The position numbers and the translations under genes were made by a program. A stretch of DNA of 64,000 nt from Chlorobium chlorochromatii (GTDB taxonomy: Bacteria; Bacteroidota; Chlorobiia; Chlorobiales; Chlorobiaceae): assembly GCA_020721255.1 (NCBI GenBank), contig DYND01000003.1, positions 14,173-78,172 on the forward strand, given 5' to 3'. Under the pieces are notes generated by a model. It saw nothing but the letters and a program-made list of their open reading frames with translations. It searched no databases and was not told where the DNA came from. The stretch's first letter is position 1. The number at the start of each line of letters is the position of its first letter. Positions 32,530 through 43,664 of the stretch are shown here, piece by piece.

Positions 32530-33672
32530 ATGAAACGAGATATTACGTTGATTGGGCAATCCGCCCTTATTACCCAACTCAAACAGTTTGCACTGCAAGT
32601 CGCGGCAACTGATATCACTGTTCTGATAATCGGAGAAACAGGATCAGGCAAGGAGGTGCTGGCACGTTTTATTCACGCAAACAGCTTGCGAGCCAATAAA
32701 AATTTTGTACCCGTCAATTGTGGTGCCATTCCGGTTGGCATTCTTGAATCAGAACTCTTCGGCCATGAAAAAGGGGCTTTTACCGGCGCAGTACAAAGTA
32801 GAAAAGGATACTTTGAAAGTGCCGACAGAGGCACAATTTTTCTCGATGAAATCGGTGAAATGCCCTTAGAAACGCAAGTTAAGTTTCTAAGAGTTATTGA
32901 AACCGGAGAATTTCAGCGGGTTGGATCATCGAAAACTATCTACTCCGATGCACGAATTATTGCTGCCACAAATAAAAATATGTATAAGGCTGTCGCAGAA
33001 AAAAACTTTCGGGAAGACCTCTTTTACCGGTTACGCAGCGTAGAACTCCAAATCCCGCCATTACGTGAACGAGCACGCGACATTTTGCTGTTGACCGAAA
33101 CATTTGTACACGAATTTGCCACCAAACATAACATAGTGTTTGAGGGCTTCAGCCCTGAAGCTGCTGAAATGCTGATGCGCTACACATGGCCTGGCAATGT
33201 TCGAGAACTCCGCAATCTTATAGAATCCCTCCTTGTGATTGAAAAAGGCATTTACATCACACCCGACATTCTTGAAAAACATCTGGTACAGCGCAACAGG
33301 TATAAAAGCCTGGTACACGATCCCGCTAAATCAGAAAAAAACGAACTTCAAGTCATGTTCAGCAACATTATTCAGCTTCGGCAAGAGGTAAGTGAAATTC
33401 GACAACTCCTTCAACTTCTTTTACAAAACAAGCCCATGGGGCCGCTCTTATTGCCACATGCAACAGTAACCCCTCCTCCACAGAATTATCCGGCATTAAT
33501 GCCGCCACAACCGCAAGAGGAGCCTGCAAAACAATATTCATTAGATGAAATAGAAAAAAAATCGATTGCTGAGGCACTCGAACGCTGTAACGGAAACAAA
33601 AGAAAAACCGCTCTTGCACTCGGTATTACCGAACGCACACTCCATCGAAAAATTAAGTCGTACGGATTATAG
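32530..33672 (+). CDS. Sigma-54-interacting AAA+ regulator with Fis-type HTH, no N-terminal sensor domain
   Basis: [48 protein letters not shown]. Confidence 0.92.
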   Translation: MKRDITLIGQSALITQLKQFALQVAATDITVLIIGETGSGKEVLARFIHANSLRANKNFVPVNCGAIPVGILESELFGHEKGAFTGAVQSRKGYFESADRGTIFLDEIGEMPLETQVKFLRVIETGEFQRVGSSKTIYSDARIIAATNKNMYKAVAEKNFREDLFYRLRSVELQIPPLRERARDILLLTETFVHEFATKHNIVFEGFSPEAAEMLMRYTWPGNVRELRNLIESLLVIEKGIYITPDILEKHLVQRNRYKSLVHDPAKSEKNELQVMFSNIIQLRQEVSEIRQLLQLLLQNKPMGPLLLPHATVTPPPQNYPALMPPQPQEEPAKQYSLDEIEKKSIAEALERCNGNKRKTALALGITERTLHRKIKSYGL

Positions 33673-33711
33673 CCTCAGTAACATATCAGGAAAAGTTCAG
33701 ACGAACAAACA

Positions 33712-35277
33712 TCACCATGCACTCCCTTTTCTCCTGATAAAAGCTATAATCAAGCACAGTGCTGAAACACCAACAGCACTTTTGGGCAAAACATCAGGAT
33801 AGCGAGTATAAAATGCCAGCTTGCTCTCAAGCGGTACATCGGCAGTGAGCGTCTGCTGCTGCCACCACGGAATTTCAGCAAGAGTTCGCCCGAACCTATC
33901 AAACACAACCGTCACACCGGTATTCGCACAACGAGCCATAGCCCGACGATTTTCAATACAGCGCAACCGACCAATCGCCAGATGCTGATACGGTCCATAC
34001 GAGGTAGAATACCAACCATCATTAGTGATAAGTGTCAACATCCGCGCACCTTTACGCACAAAATCCGCTACAAGCGATGGAAAAATTGACTCGTAGCAGA
34101 TAATATTGGCAAAAGCAATCTCACCTTTATCTTTTCGTAACGAAAGCTTCATCAAGGTCGTCTCATCACCTTTTTCCCATCCTCTAATACCCGACAACGC
34201 AAACGATGCTTCACCAAGCCAAGGGAAATAATCAATATAAGGCACCCGTTCACCAAAAGGCACAAGATGAATTTTGTGATACAACTGTGGTGCGCCACCT
34301 TGTGCATCGAGCAATATCGATCCATTATAAAGAGAGTAGAGCTGTTTTTCTCCTTTCGCTGTATCAATACAACCACTCAAAACCGCGGTCTGCCATTGCT
34401 CTATTGATGACCTGAGCTGATTCAGCTCTACAACATAGAGTGGATCAAGAATAGAAAAGAGAATTGCTGTTTCAGGCCATATAATAAGATCAGGCTTATG
34501 AACACGAATCACATCGCTGCTCATGCTACTATAATGTTCCATCGCTGCATTAATATCATACGGTTCATGCGGATCAATATTGGGTTGAACAAGCGACACC
34601 CGCAGATAATGAGCATTGAGAGAAGCATTCTTTTCAGCAGAAAAGATACTCAACGCATACAGTAGTGGAGCAATGACCATGAAAATCATACAAACAAGAG
34701 AGCGACACCTCTCTTGTTTGTTGCTTGTCAGCGCAATGAGAAAAAGCACATTAAACCAGAGCAACCAGAAGCTGATACCCCAAACGCCAGTAATATCAGC
34801 ATATTGAATCATACTGTTGAGGTTTGCCTGCGAATTGCCCAGCGTAAGCCATCCAAATGAAAGCTCTTGCTGCATATAAAGCCATTCCCACGCCACCCAG
34901 AGAAAAGGGAGCGCAAAAAGCGCAAAACGATAGCCTGCCATTTTTTTTACTACATAAAAAAACATCATCGGAATCGTCATAAAACAGGCCTGCATCACCA
35001 CGGTCAGCACCCCACCCGAGAGCGTTGCCAAACTCACCCACCAAAGGCTAATCACACAAAAAAGCAGCATGGTAAGATAAACGCGGCGCAACAGCTCGCC
35101 GAATTGTTCAACATAACGCAGAGAGAGCAAAAGCGGCACAAGCGCTATCCACGCAAGCAGTTCAAGGCGAATAAAAGGATAAGATGGAAATGATAGACCA
35201 AGCAATACGCCACTCGCCATTGGAGCCAGAAAACGAGAGCTGCTGAGATGGTTGATAGTCTGAGATAATGGAGCCAT
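33712..35277 (-). CDS. lnt: Apolipoprotein N-acyltransferase
   Basis: Multiple TM helices, VQPNI, IWPETA, KIHLVPFGE, ICYESIF, TNDGW, ANTGVT. Confidence 0.94.
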   Translation of the reverse strand: MAPLSQTINHLSSSRFLAPMASGVLLGLSFPSYPFIRLELLAWIALVPLLLSLRYVEQFGELLRRVYLTMLLFCVISLWWVSLATLSGGVLTVVMQACFMTIPMMFFYVVKKMAGYRFALFALPFLWVAWEWLYMQQELSFGWLTLGNSQANLNSMIQYADITGVWGISFWLLWFNVLFLIALTSNKQERCRSLVCMIFMVIAPLLYALSIFSAEKNASLNAHYLRVSLVQPNIDPHEPYDINAAMEHYSSMSSDVIRVHKPDLIIWPETAILFSILDPLYVVELNQLRSSIEQWQTAVLSGCIDTAKGEKQLYSLYNGSILLDAQGGAPQLYHKIHLVPFGERVPYIDYFPWLGEASFALSGIRGWEKGDETTLMKLSLRKDKGEIAFANIICYESIFPSLVADFVRKGARMLTLITNDGWYSTSYGPYQHLAIGRLRCIENRRAMARCANTGVTVVFDRFGRTLAEIPWWQQQTLTADVPLESKLAFYTRYPDVLPKSAVGVSALCLIIAFIRRKGSAW

Positions 35278-35517
35278 AAAGCAATCAAAAAATATAGGCA
35301 GGAAAATAAATGCGCAAAAAAGTTGTCGGACGAGGAAATCGCTGAAAGTAAACGATATTTCAGGCACGCTGTTTACCACTCCAAATATATTTTACTTTTC
35401 TTATTGATTTTTATTCTTTAAATTTGTTCCAATCTGTTACTTAACAGGAAGGCTATTTGATAGATTTTTTCCTGAAAATATCCAATTTCAACGCCATTAG
35501 AAAAAGGAGAACTCATT

Positions 35518-36618
35518 ATGGCTCTTTTCGGCACTAAAGACACCACAACCGCGCATTCCGACTACGAAATCGTACTCGAAGGTGGTTCAAGCTCGTGGGG
35601 CAAAGTAAAATGCAGAGCTAAGGTTAACGTACCTCCTGCCCTGCCACTGTTACCCGCTGACTGTAACATCAAGATCAATGTAAAACCTCTTGATCCTGCA
35701 AAAGGTTTTGTAAGGTTTTCGGCTGTTATTGAGTCAATTGTTGACAGCACAAAAAGCAAATTGGTTGTCGAAGCCGATATTGCCAATGAAACCAAAGAGA
35801 GAAGAATTTGTGTCGGTGAAGGCTCAGTTACTGTAGGCGACTTCTCTCACCTTTTCTCTTTTGAAGGCTCCGTTGTCAACATCTTCTACTACCGCTCAGA
35901 CGCAGTAAAAAGAAACGTCCCTAATCCAATCTACATGCAGGGGCGTCAGTTCCACGACATTATCATGAAAGTGCCGCTTGACAATCCTGATGTTATCGAC
36001 ACTTGGGAAAACACCCTCCGCGCAATGCAGTCAACTGGCGCATTCAATGACTGGATTCGTGAATTGTGGTTTATCGGTCCAGCCTTTACCGCACTGAACG
36101 AAGGTGGTCAGAGAATTTCAAAAATTGAAGTCAACAGCATTGGTACCCAGAGTGGCGAAAAAGGGCCTGTCGGTGTTACCAGATGGCGCTTCTCACATGG
36201 CGGTTCAGGTATTGTTGACTCCATCGCACGCTGGGCAGAGCTCTTCCCTGCCGACAAGCTGAACAAACCAGCATCCGTTGAAGCTGCGTTCCGTTCCGAT
36301 TCACAAGGTATCGAAGTTAAAGTTGATGGCGAATTCCCTGGCGTCTCAGTTGATGCAGGTGGTGGACTTCGCAGAATTCTGAACCACCCACTCATTCCGC
36401 TGGTACACCACGGCATGGTTGGAAAGTTCAACGACTTTACCGTCGATTCACAGTTGAAGATTGTTCTTCCAAAAGGCTATAAAGTGCGTTATGCTGCACC
36501 TCAGTTCCGTTCACAGAACCTTGAAGAGTATCGCTGGAGCGGTGGCGCTTATGGCCGCTGGGTTGAGCATGTCTGCAAGGGCGGTACAGGACAGTTTGAA
36601 GTGCTCTACGCTCAGTAA
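35518..36618 (+). CDS. fmoA: Bacteriochlorophyll a (Fenna-Matthews-Olson) protein
   Basis: MALFGTKDTTTAHSDYEIVLEGGSSSWGKVK...GQFEVLYAQ, 366 aa; AAGGAG RBS. Confidence 0.99.
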   Translation: MALFGTKDTTTAHSDYEIVLEGGSSSWGKVKCRAKVNVPPALPLLPADCNIKINVKPLDPAKGFVRFSAVIESIVDSTKSKLVVEADIANETKERRICVGEGSVTVGDFSHLFSFEGSVVNIFYYRSDAVKRNVPNPIYMQGRQFHDIIMKVPLDNPDVIDTWENTLRAMQSTGAFNDWIRELWFIGPAFTALNEGGQRISKIEVNSIGTQSGEKGPVGVTRWRFSHGGSGIVDSIARWAELFPADKLNKPASVEAAFRSDSQGIEVKVDGEFPGVSVDAGGGLRRILNHPLIPLVHHGMVGKFNDFTVDSQLKIVLPKGYKVRYAAPQFRSQNLEEYRWSGGAYGRWVEHVCKGGTGQFEVLYAQ

Positions 36619-36637
36619 GTAACAGATTGATTCCAAC

Positions 36638-36667
36638 AAAAAAACCGGTGAAAAACCGGTTTTTTTG
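36638..36667. terminator. Bidirectional terminator after fmoA
   Basis: A7-CCGGT-GAAAA-ACCGG-T7. Confidence 0.85.
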
Positions 36668-36675
36668 TTTTCGCT

Positions 36676-37077
36676 TTACCCCAGCAACTGAAGAATATCC
36701 TCAATCTCCACTTTTATCTCCTTCAACAACAACGAGCGCCGTTCATCCACAGCACTGTGACGATTTTTCTCGTTGCCAATCTGTTTCTGCAACTTGAGAA
36801 TCTCCGTTGTTTTATGATCATCTTCATTATTGCGAGGATTGCCTTTCACAATTTCACTCGCCTTGGCCAACTTATAGCCCTTCTCATACACCAGATTTTT
36901 GATATTCAATACCATAGCAATATCGCGATTCGTGTACCGCCTGTTCCCGCGCGTATCTCTTGCAGGAGAGAGTTCAGTAAAAAAACCCTCCCAGTACCGT
37001 AACAAATATTCCGGCACACCAGAGATTTTCGTCACCTCGCTGATCGAGTAATAGCTTTTTGTTGAATCAAATGCCAT
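36676..37077 (-). CDS. MerR-family HTH regulator
   Basis: YYSISEV...LRYWE...GNRRYT. Confidence 0.88.
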   Translation of the reverse strand: MAFDSTKSYYSISEVTKISGVPEYLLRYWEGFFTELSPARDTRGNRRYTNRDIAMVLNIKNLVYEKGYKLAKASEIVKGNPRNNEDDHKTTEILKLQKQIGNEKNRHSAVDERRSLLLKEIKVEIEDILQLLG

Positions 37078-37156
37078 AAGCACAGAACTGATATGAAATT
37101 TTCTTTTCTCTATTCTTATTATACATTAAGGTGGTCACTTCAAAAACTTATAACGG

Positions 37157-38908
37157 ATGAAAAATCTTCTCAGCCTCAAACCTTATCTGCTAAGGTATAA
37201 AAAAAATCTCTGGTCAGGATTTCTCTTCATCATTCTCACCAATATCTTTGCGGTTATCGCGCCGAAGTATATCGGGCTCGCTATCGACACCATGAATCGG
37301 AAGTTTGAGCTGTTAGACGTGCTCCGCGACACTGGTTTCTATTTTCTCTTCTCCTTGCTGAGCGGCTACTTTCTCTTTCTTGTCCGCCAGAACATTATTG
37401 TCGCCTCACGGCACATTGAATTTGACCTGAAAAACGACTATTACAAGCATCTACAAACTCTCCCAAGACGGTTTTACAATACCACCAGTACTGGCGAGCT
37501 TATTTCGAGAGGTACCAACGACCTGAATGCCATAAGAGAATTCCTCGGACCGGGCATTATGTACTCACTTAACACTTTTTTTCGCCTCGTCTTTGCGCTT
37601 GTTGCAATGATTGCCATCTCTCCAAAGCTCACGCTTTTCGCCCTGCTGCCCGCCCCAATTCTGAGCTATTCAGTTTATAGAATCGGGAGCTCAATGCAAA
37701 AACGGTCAAAAAGCATTCAAGAGAGCTACGCAGCGATAACCAATCTGGTACAGGAAAACCTCTCCGGTATCAGAGTTGTGAAAAGCTACACTCGCGAATC
37801 CTTTGAAATTCAGCGGTTTGCAACACTCAACAAAGATTACTATCGCAAAAATCTCTCGCTTGGCAAACTCCAAGCACTTTTTTTTGCGTTTCTCACCTCC
37901 ATGACGGCCTTCTCACTGCTCCCTGTTGTATGGGTCGGTGGCATCAATGTAATTGAAGGCAAAATGACTGTCGGAGGCATTGCAGAATTTATCGTTTATG
38001 TCTCCATGCTGAGCTGGCCAATTATCTCCATTGGATGGGTTACGAGCATTATCCAGCGTGCAGCATCTGCTCAGGTGCGATTGAACGAAATTTTCAGCAT
38101 CAAACCCGATATCACCGAAAAGGAGAAGGATTTGAGCGAAGATAAAAACTTCGCGGGCACACTATCCTTCCACAATGTCCGGTTTCACTACCCTGGCCAT
38201 GAGAAAAATCCCATCCTGAACAACATCACCCTCAACATAGCCGCTGGATCGAAAGTGGCAATAGTCGGTGCAACGGGCGCTGGTAAAACGACGCTGGTCA
38301 ACCTCATACCGCGACTTTACGAACCTGTTGAAGGTGCTATTTTACTCGATGGACGCGACATTCGCAGCTTGCCGATTGAGACTTTACGCGAGCAGATCGG
38401 GTTCGTGCCACAAGTCAATTTTCTTTTTTCTGATACAATTGCACACAACATCACTTGGGGCAGTCGCGATAATGATGCTGACGCGGTGATTGAGGCAAGC
38501 AAAATAGCGATGTTGCATGATGATGTAGTGGATTTCCCCGACGGCTTTGAGACCATGCTTGGCGAAAAGGGTATCAACCTCTCTGGCGGGCAGAAGCAGC
38601 GGGCTTGCATTGCACGCGCCATTGCGTGGAAACCTAAACTCTTGGTACTGGACGACGCTCTTTCAGCCGTTGATACCGATACTGAAGCGCGTATTTTTGA
38701 GGCTCTGCTAAAAAAATTGCCCGACACCACCATTCTGCTGATCAGCCATCGCATCTCAACTGTAAAAAATTGTGACAAGATTGTTGTGCTGAAAGATGGC
38801 GCCATTGTTGAGAGCGGTACCCACGAAGAGCTACTCGCCGAGCAACATCTGTATGCGGAACTCTACAATCAGCAGTTGCTGGAAGAGGAGATACTCTCTC
38901 TTTCATAG
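37157..38908 (+). CDS. ABC transporter, fused permease/ATPase (MdlA/MsbA-like)
   Basis: Six TM segments, [25 protein letters not shown]. Confidence 0.92.
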   Translation: MKNLLSLKPYLLRYKKNLWSGFLFIILTNIFAVIAPKYIGLAIDTMNRKFELLDVLRDTGFYFLFSLLSGYFLFLVRQNIIVASRHIEFDLKNDYYKHLQTLPRRFYNTTSTGELISRGTNDLNAIREFLGPGIMYSLNTFFRLVFALVAMIAISPKLTLFALLPAPILSYSVYRIGSSMQKRSKSIQESYAAITNLVQENLSGIRVVKSYTRESFEIQRFATLNKDYYRKNLSLGKLQALFFAFLTSMTAFSLLPVVWVGGINVIEGKMTVGGIAEFIVYVSMLSWPIISIGWVTSIIQRAASAQVRLNEIFSIKPDITEKEKDLSEDKNFAGTLSFHNVRFHYPGHEKNPILNNITLNIAAGSKVAIVGATGAGKTTLVNLIPRLYEPVEGAILLDGRDIRSLPIETLREQIGFVPQVNFLFSDTIAHNITWGSRDNDADAVIEASKIAMLHDDVVDFPDGFETMLGEKGINLSGGQKQRACIARAIAWKPKLLVLDDALSAVDTDTEARIFEALLKKLPDTTILLISHRISTVKNCDKIVVLKDGAIVESGTHEELLAEQHLYAELYNQQLLEEEILSLS

Positions 38909-40090
38909 CAACTCACCTGACTCGCAAACCACCGTCACCTTTTGCGCGTTGGCAATTGCCTTCTCTTTCACAGCATTGACATCGCTTCCCAACTCATCGT
39001 ACGCAAGTGCAACAGCCATTCGCCGGTAAGGGCGAGTCACGGGTTTGCCGAAAATGCGAATGTCAGTGCGAGCCTCCTTGAGGGCCTCATCCACCCCGAT
39101 GTATTGAGGATTTATCCCCGCTTTATCGGCCAGAATAACCGCACTGGCACCAACCTGCATCAGGGTGATTTCGGGAATCGGCAGACCCAGCACCGCGCGT
39201 GCATGAAGCTCAAACTCCGAGAAGTTTTGTGTTCCTGCCAGCGTCACCATACCAGTATCGTGCGGACGCGGAGAGAGTTCCGAAAAATAGACGCCATCAT
39301 TGGCAAGAAAAAATTCCACACCCCAGATACCTGCGCCAGTCAGCAAACGGGTCACTTTTTCAGCAATCTCCTGAGCTTCCTGTAACTGCGCTTCACTGAT
39401 AAGGCAGGGCTGCCAGCTCTCCTGATAATCGCCCCGCTCCTGACGGTGGCCAATGGGAGGGCAAAAGAGCGTTGTGCCGTTTTTTTGAGTCACGGTAAGC
39501 AGCGTAATCTCTATATGGAAGTTGACAAACGACTCCACAATCACCTCCGCACTGTCGCCACGTTTGCCGCTCTGCGAATAACTCCAGGCCTTCTCAATAT
39601 CCGCCTCACTTTTCACTGTTGACTGCCCTTTACCGGAAGAACTCATCAGCGGCTTGACCACGCAGGGAGTGCCCACCTCCGCCACAGCAGTCTGTAACTC
39701 TTCAAGAGAAGCGGCATAACGATAGTTTGCCGTGCGAAGGCCAAGCTCTTTTGATGCGAGATCACGAATGGCTTTGCGATTCATGGTAAAGTTGGCCGCA
39801 CGCGCCGAAGGCACTACCTGAATCCCCTGCTCTTCATAATCGTAAAAACGCTCGGTGCGAATGGCTTCGATTTCAGGTACAATCAGATCAGGCTGATGTT
39901 TAGCGACAATGGCATCAAGCGCCTTGCCATCAAGCATATCAATCACTTCACGCTCATCAGCCACCTGCTGCGCTGGCGCATTGTTGTAGCTGTCCACGGC
40001 TATCACAGAGTGACCAAGCCGTTTCACTGCAATGACGAACTCCTTGCCCAGTTCCCCGCTGCCGAGCAGCATAATTTTTTTTGGTCTCAC
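38903..40090 (-). CDS. purT: Formate-dependent phosphoribosylglycinamide formyltransferase
   Basis: [33 protein letters not shown]; start uncertain (GTG 40090 or ATG 40072). Confidence 0.96.
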   Translation of the reverse strand: MRPKKIMLLGSGELGKEFVIAVKRLGHSVIAVDSYNNAPAQQVADEREVIDMLDGKALDAIVAKHQPDLIVPEIEAIRTERFYDYEEQGIQVVPSARAANFTMNRKAIRDLASKELGLRTANYRYAASLEELQTAVAEVGTPCVVKPLMSSSGKGQSTVKSEADIEKAWSYSQSGKRGDSAEVIVESFVNFHIEITLLTVTQKNGTTLFCPPIGHRQERGDYQESWQPCLISEAQLQEAQEIAEKVTRLLTGAGIWGVEFFLANDGVYFSELSPRPHDTGMVTLAGTQNFSEFELHARAVLGLPIPEITLMQVGASAVILADKAGINPQYIGVDEALKEARTDIRIFGKPVTRPYRRMAVALAYDELGSDVNAVKEKAIANAQKVTVVCESGELL

Positions 40091-40138
40091 GATTGTAAAT
40101 TTTCTTTCGACAAGATAAAAAATCAGTAACAATGCGTT

Positions 40139-40343
40139 CTACTTTTGAAAAACTTCTTCGATGAGAATACCCTCTACACGCCCCTCGCGGAGCACGTTGA
40201 GACGTTTCACTACTTCCACTGCCCAGAGTTCATCAATTTTTGTGACCTGGCTCATCAAGGCTTCGCAACAATCTATCAATAATCTGAAGCCTCTCTACTG
40301 CGTTGAGGGTCATCGCCAAGTCAAGGATCTCCTGAATTCTCAT
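40139..40343 (-). pseudogene. Frameshifted putative addiction-module component (TIGR02574-like antitoxin)
   Basis: RBS GAGGAG, MRIQEILDLAMTLNAVERLQIIDRLLRSLDEP, then in a shifted frame KIDELWAVEVVKRLNVLREGRVEGILIEEVFQK*; 205 nt = 68 codons + 1. Confidence 0.75.
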
Positions 40344-40491
40344 AAACCATCTCCTCACCTATAAAAAAACTCAGTAATTTCGCAACGTTCCATAGTGGTA
40401 AAATTTAACCATTTCTGACACATTACTTATGAAAAATCGTTAGATTGGTGTATAAAATTTTCTCTTTTCACGATTTGCACAAAAAGAATCA

Positions 40492-40719
40492 ATGACAACA
40501 GCAGAGAAAATATACCGAACGATGGAAGAACTTCCAGAGCCAATACTTCATGAAGTGCTGGATTTTGCTGAATTCCTAAAGCAGAAAAAATCAACCGGCA
40601 CGTCCAAATCAGGAAATCTTGCCAAACGTATTTAAGAGCACTTTAAAGGCTTGAATGCTGAAGATATTATTATTCCATCACGTCAATTCTCCCGCACTCT
40701 TCCGCAAGTTGAGGATTGA
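40492..40719 (+). pseudogene. DUF2281-like antitoxin with internal stop
   Basis: MTTAEKIYRTMEELPEPILHEVLDFAEFLKQK...KRI*EHFKGL...QVED*; TAA at 40633-40635; final TGA overlaps the next ATG. Confidence 0.72.
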
Positions 40720-41021
40720 TGATAGCCGCTTTTTTGTTTGATACCAATGTCCTGACGGAGTTGATGCGTACTCAGCCAGAGAGTGCGGTGATAACGTGGT
40801 TCGACAGACATGTTGATGCCCTGTGTTATACCTCTTCAATCACAAAAGCAGAAATATTTTTGGGTATCGCGCTACTTCCAAAGAGTACGCGCCGAACTCG
40901 ACTGGAAAATGCAGCACAAACAGTGCCTGAAGAGCCGCATTCTTGCTGTATTTATTTTGGTATGGTAGTGAGAATAACAGTTATCCGAAAAACAGCTATA
41001 TTCACAACTCTTTTATTTTAA
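40719..41021 (+). pseudogene. Truncated VapC/FitB PIN-domain toxin
   Basis: FDTNVLTELMR..P...V..W...SSITKAEIFLGIALLP; PIN similarity ends near 40925 and the C-terminal catalytic half is missing. Confidence 0.8.
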
Positions 41022-41047
41022 ATAGCGAGTTACAGATTAATAAATCC

Positions 41048-41524
41048 ATGAAACACATTATATCCGTACTGGTTGAAAACAAATTTGGCTCCCTTAATCG
41101 GGTTGCCGCCATGTTTAGTGCTCGCGGCTTTAACCTCGAAAGCATCTCTATTGGGGAGACTGAAGACACGGAAATCTCACGCATGACCATTGTTACAAGA
41201 GGTGAAGATCAGATCATCAGTCAGGTACTCAAACAGCTCAATCGTCTTGTGGATACCATCAAAGTAACAGACCTGACTCGCCAGCCACATGTCGAGCGGG
41301 AATTGCTGTTAATGACGCTCAAACTCAGCAAAACGCAACAGCATGAGATTTTTGAATTGATCACGGTTTTTAAAGGAAAAGTCGTGGATATAAAACAAAA
41401 ATCCATTACTATTGAAATCATCGGAACGCCGGACAAGATTAACACAACTATCGATATCTTCAGACCCTACGGCATTAAAGAAATTGCCCGTTCAGGTGCG
41501 GTAGCAATTCATAGAGGCGAATAA
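41048..41524 (+). CDS. ilvN: Acetolactate synthase small subunit
   Basis: MKHIISVLVENKFG...FSARGFNLES...KQLNRLVD...EIARSG. Confidence 0.96.
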   Translation: MKHIISVLVENKFGSLNRVAAMFSARGFNLESISIGETEDTEISRMTIVTRGEDQIISQVLKQLNRLVDTIKVTDLTRQPHVERELLLMTLKLSKTQQHEIFELITVFKGKVVDIKQKSITIEIIGTPDKINTTIDIFRPYGIKEIARSGAVAIHRGE

Positions 41525-41569
41525 GAGCAGAAATCACGACATACACATCAATCAAAACAATTGAACACG

Positions 41570-42562
41570 ATGAACGTTTATTATGACAAAGATGCTGACC
41601 TCAGCTATCTGCAGGGCAAAAATATTGCCATTCTCGGTTACGGCAGCCAAGGTCATGCACACGCTTTGAATCTCAAGGAGAGTGGCTTGAATGTTTGCGT
41701 TGGCCTTCGCCCCGAAAGCGCATCATGCGCCAAAGCTCGCGAAGCAGGCTTACAAGTTACCACCGTTGCTGAAGCAACGAAATGGGCTGATATTGTAATG
41801 GTACTGCTACCCGACCAGAATCAGAAAGCGATTTACGACGCTGAAATTGCTCCAAACCTTGTAGCAGGCAACACGCTTGCTTTTGGCCACGGTTTCAATA
41901 TTCACTACAACCAGATTGTTCCGGCAGAGACGATTAACGTTATCATGATTGCGCCGAAAAGCCCGGGTCACCTTGTACGTCGCACCTATACAGAGGGCAA
42001 CGGTGTTCCATGTTTGATTGCCGTACATCAGGATGCCACCGGCGAAGCAAAGCAGCAAGCGCTTGCTTGGGCAAAAGCACTTGGCGGCACCAAAGCCGGC
42101 GTTATTGAAACCAACTTCAAAAATGAAACGGAAACCGATCTCTTTGGTGAGCAGGCCGTTCTTTGCGGAGGCTCTGCCGAACTGATCAAAGCTGGTTTTG
42201 AAACCCTTGTTGAGGCCGGATACCCTGAAGAGCTTGCCTACTTCGAATGTATGCACGAGCTGAAACTGATTGTGGATCTTTATTATGAAGGTGGTTTGTC
42301 GAGAATGAACTACTCAGTGAGCGATACGGCTGAATATGGCGGTATGACACGTGGCCCACGCCTTATCACCCCAGCGGTAAAAGCTGAGATGAAAAAGATT
42401 CTTGAAGAGGTACAGGATGGGCGCTTTGCCAAAGAGTTTATTGACGAATGCAACGGTGGCTACAAAAACCTGAGCAAACTGAGAGAAGACAACAGCGGTC
42501 ACGCCATTGAAAAAGTTGGTGCAAAATTGCGCAACATGATGAGCTGGCTGATTAAAAAATAA
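41570..42562 (+). CDS. ilvC: Ketol-acid reductoisomerase
   Basis: [36 protein letters not shown]. Confidence 0.98.
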   Translation: MNVYYDKDADLSYLQGKNIAILGYGSQGHAHALNLKESGLNVCVGLRPESASCAKAREAGLQVTTVAEATKWADIVMVLLPDQNQKAIYDAEIAPNLVAGNTLAFGHGFNIHYNQIVPAETINVIMIAPKSPGHLVRRTYTEGNGVPCLIAVHQDATGEAKQQALAWAKALGGTKAGVIETNFKNETETDLFGEQAVLCGGSAELIKAGFETLVEAGYPEELAYFECMHELKLIVDLYYEGGLSRMNYSVSDTAEYGGMTRGPRLITPAVKAEMKKILEEVQDGRFAKEFIDECNGGYKNLSKLREDNSGHAIEKVGAKLRNMMSWLIKK

Positions 42563-42580
42563 CCCGGATAACGAGCAGAG

Positions 42581-43639
42581 ATGTATAAAATAGTATCTAT
42601 ACCGGGTGATGGCATTGGGCCCGAGGTTGTTGCTGGAGCTGTTGCCGTGATGCAGCAGCTCTCAAAAAAACATGGTTTTGAAATTCAGATTGAGGAGCAC
42701 CCGTTTGGTGGCGCTTCGTATGACTTGCATGGTGAAATGCTCACCGACGCAACGCTTGAAGCTTGCAGAAATTGCGATGCTGTGTTGCTTGGCGCTGTTG
42801 GTGGCCCAAAATGGGAAAATTTGCCGCACGAGCACAAGCCGGAAGCTGCCCTGCTCAAAATCCGCAAAGAGCTTGGTCTGTTTGCCAACCTCCGTCCGGC
42901 AAAAGTGTATGACGCGCTGATTGACGCCTCGTCACTCAAGGCGGATGTGGTTCGTGGCACCGATTTTGTTGTCTTCCGCGAACTCACCGGTGGCATCTAT
43001 TTTGGCCAGCCACGCGGTTTCGATGCAACAAAAGGCTGGAATACCATGGTGTACGAAGGCTATGAGGTTGAGCGCATTGCCCGTCTTGCTTTTGAAGCTG
43101 CCCGTAAACGCAAAGGCAGAGTAATGTCAATCGACAAAGCAAACGTTCTTGAAGTATCGCAGTTCTGGCGTAACGTCGTGCTTGAAGTACACAAAGATTT
43201 TGCCGATGTGGAATTAAGCCACATGTATGTTGATAATGCCGCAATGCAGATTGTGCGTAACCCGAGGCAGTTCGACGTTATCGTTACCGGTAACCTCTTT
43301 GGCGATATTCTGAGCGATATTGCCGGCATGATTACTGGCAGCCTTGGCATGCTTCCATCAGCAAGCATCGGCACAAAACACGCACTCTACGAGCCAATTC
43401 ACGGAAGTGCGCCCGATATTGCCATGCAGAACAAAGCAAACCCGATTGCCACTATCGCATCGGTCGCCATGATGTTTGAACACAGCTTTGGACGTCCTGA
43501 CATTGCAAAAGAAATTCAACAAGCAATCGAGGCAACACTTGCAGCCGGACTACGGACAGCCGATATCGCCAATCCTGGTGATGCCACAGTGTCCACAACA
43601 GCAATGACCGAGGCAATTGTTAAGAACCTCAGCGCCTGA
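42581..43639 (+). CDS. leuB: 3-isopropylmalate dehydrogenase
   Basis: PGDGIGPEV, FANLRP, RELTGGIYFG, NLFGDILSD, YEPIHGSAPDIA. Confidence 0.97.
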   Translation: MYKIVSIPGDGIGPEVVAGAVAVMQQLSKKHGFEIQIEEHPFGGASYDLHGEMLTDATLEACRNCDAVLLGAVGGPKWENLPHEHKPEAALLKIRKELGLFANLRPAKVYDALIDASSLKADVVRGTDFVVFRELTGGIYFGQPRGFDATKGWNTMVYEGYEVERIARLAFEAARKRKGRVMSIDKANVLEVSQFWRNVVLEVHKDFADVELSHMYVDNAAMQIVRNPRQFDVIVTGNLFGDILSDIAGMITGSLGMLPSASIGTKHALYEPIHGSAPDIAMQNKANPIATIASVAMMFEHSFGRPDIAKEIQQAIEATLAAGLRTADIANPGDATVSTTAMTEAIVKNLSA

Positions 43640-43664
43640 ATGAAATAACTCCATTACTCTACCT

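Noticed and set aside
40444-40455. 12-mer ATTGGTGTATAA found upstream of both TA-remnant patches (also 59144-59155), possible attC end or shared promoter
   Set aside because: Many 12-mer matches are expected by chance in 64 kb, and no attC-like hairpin is evident.
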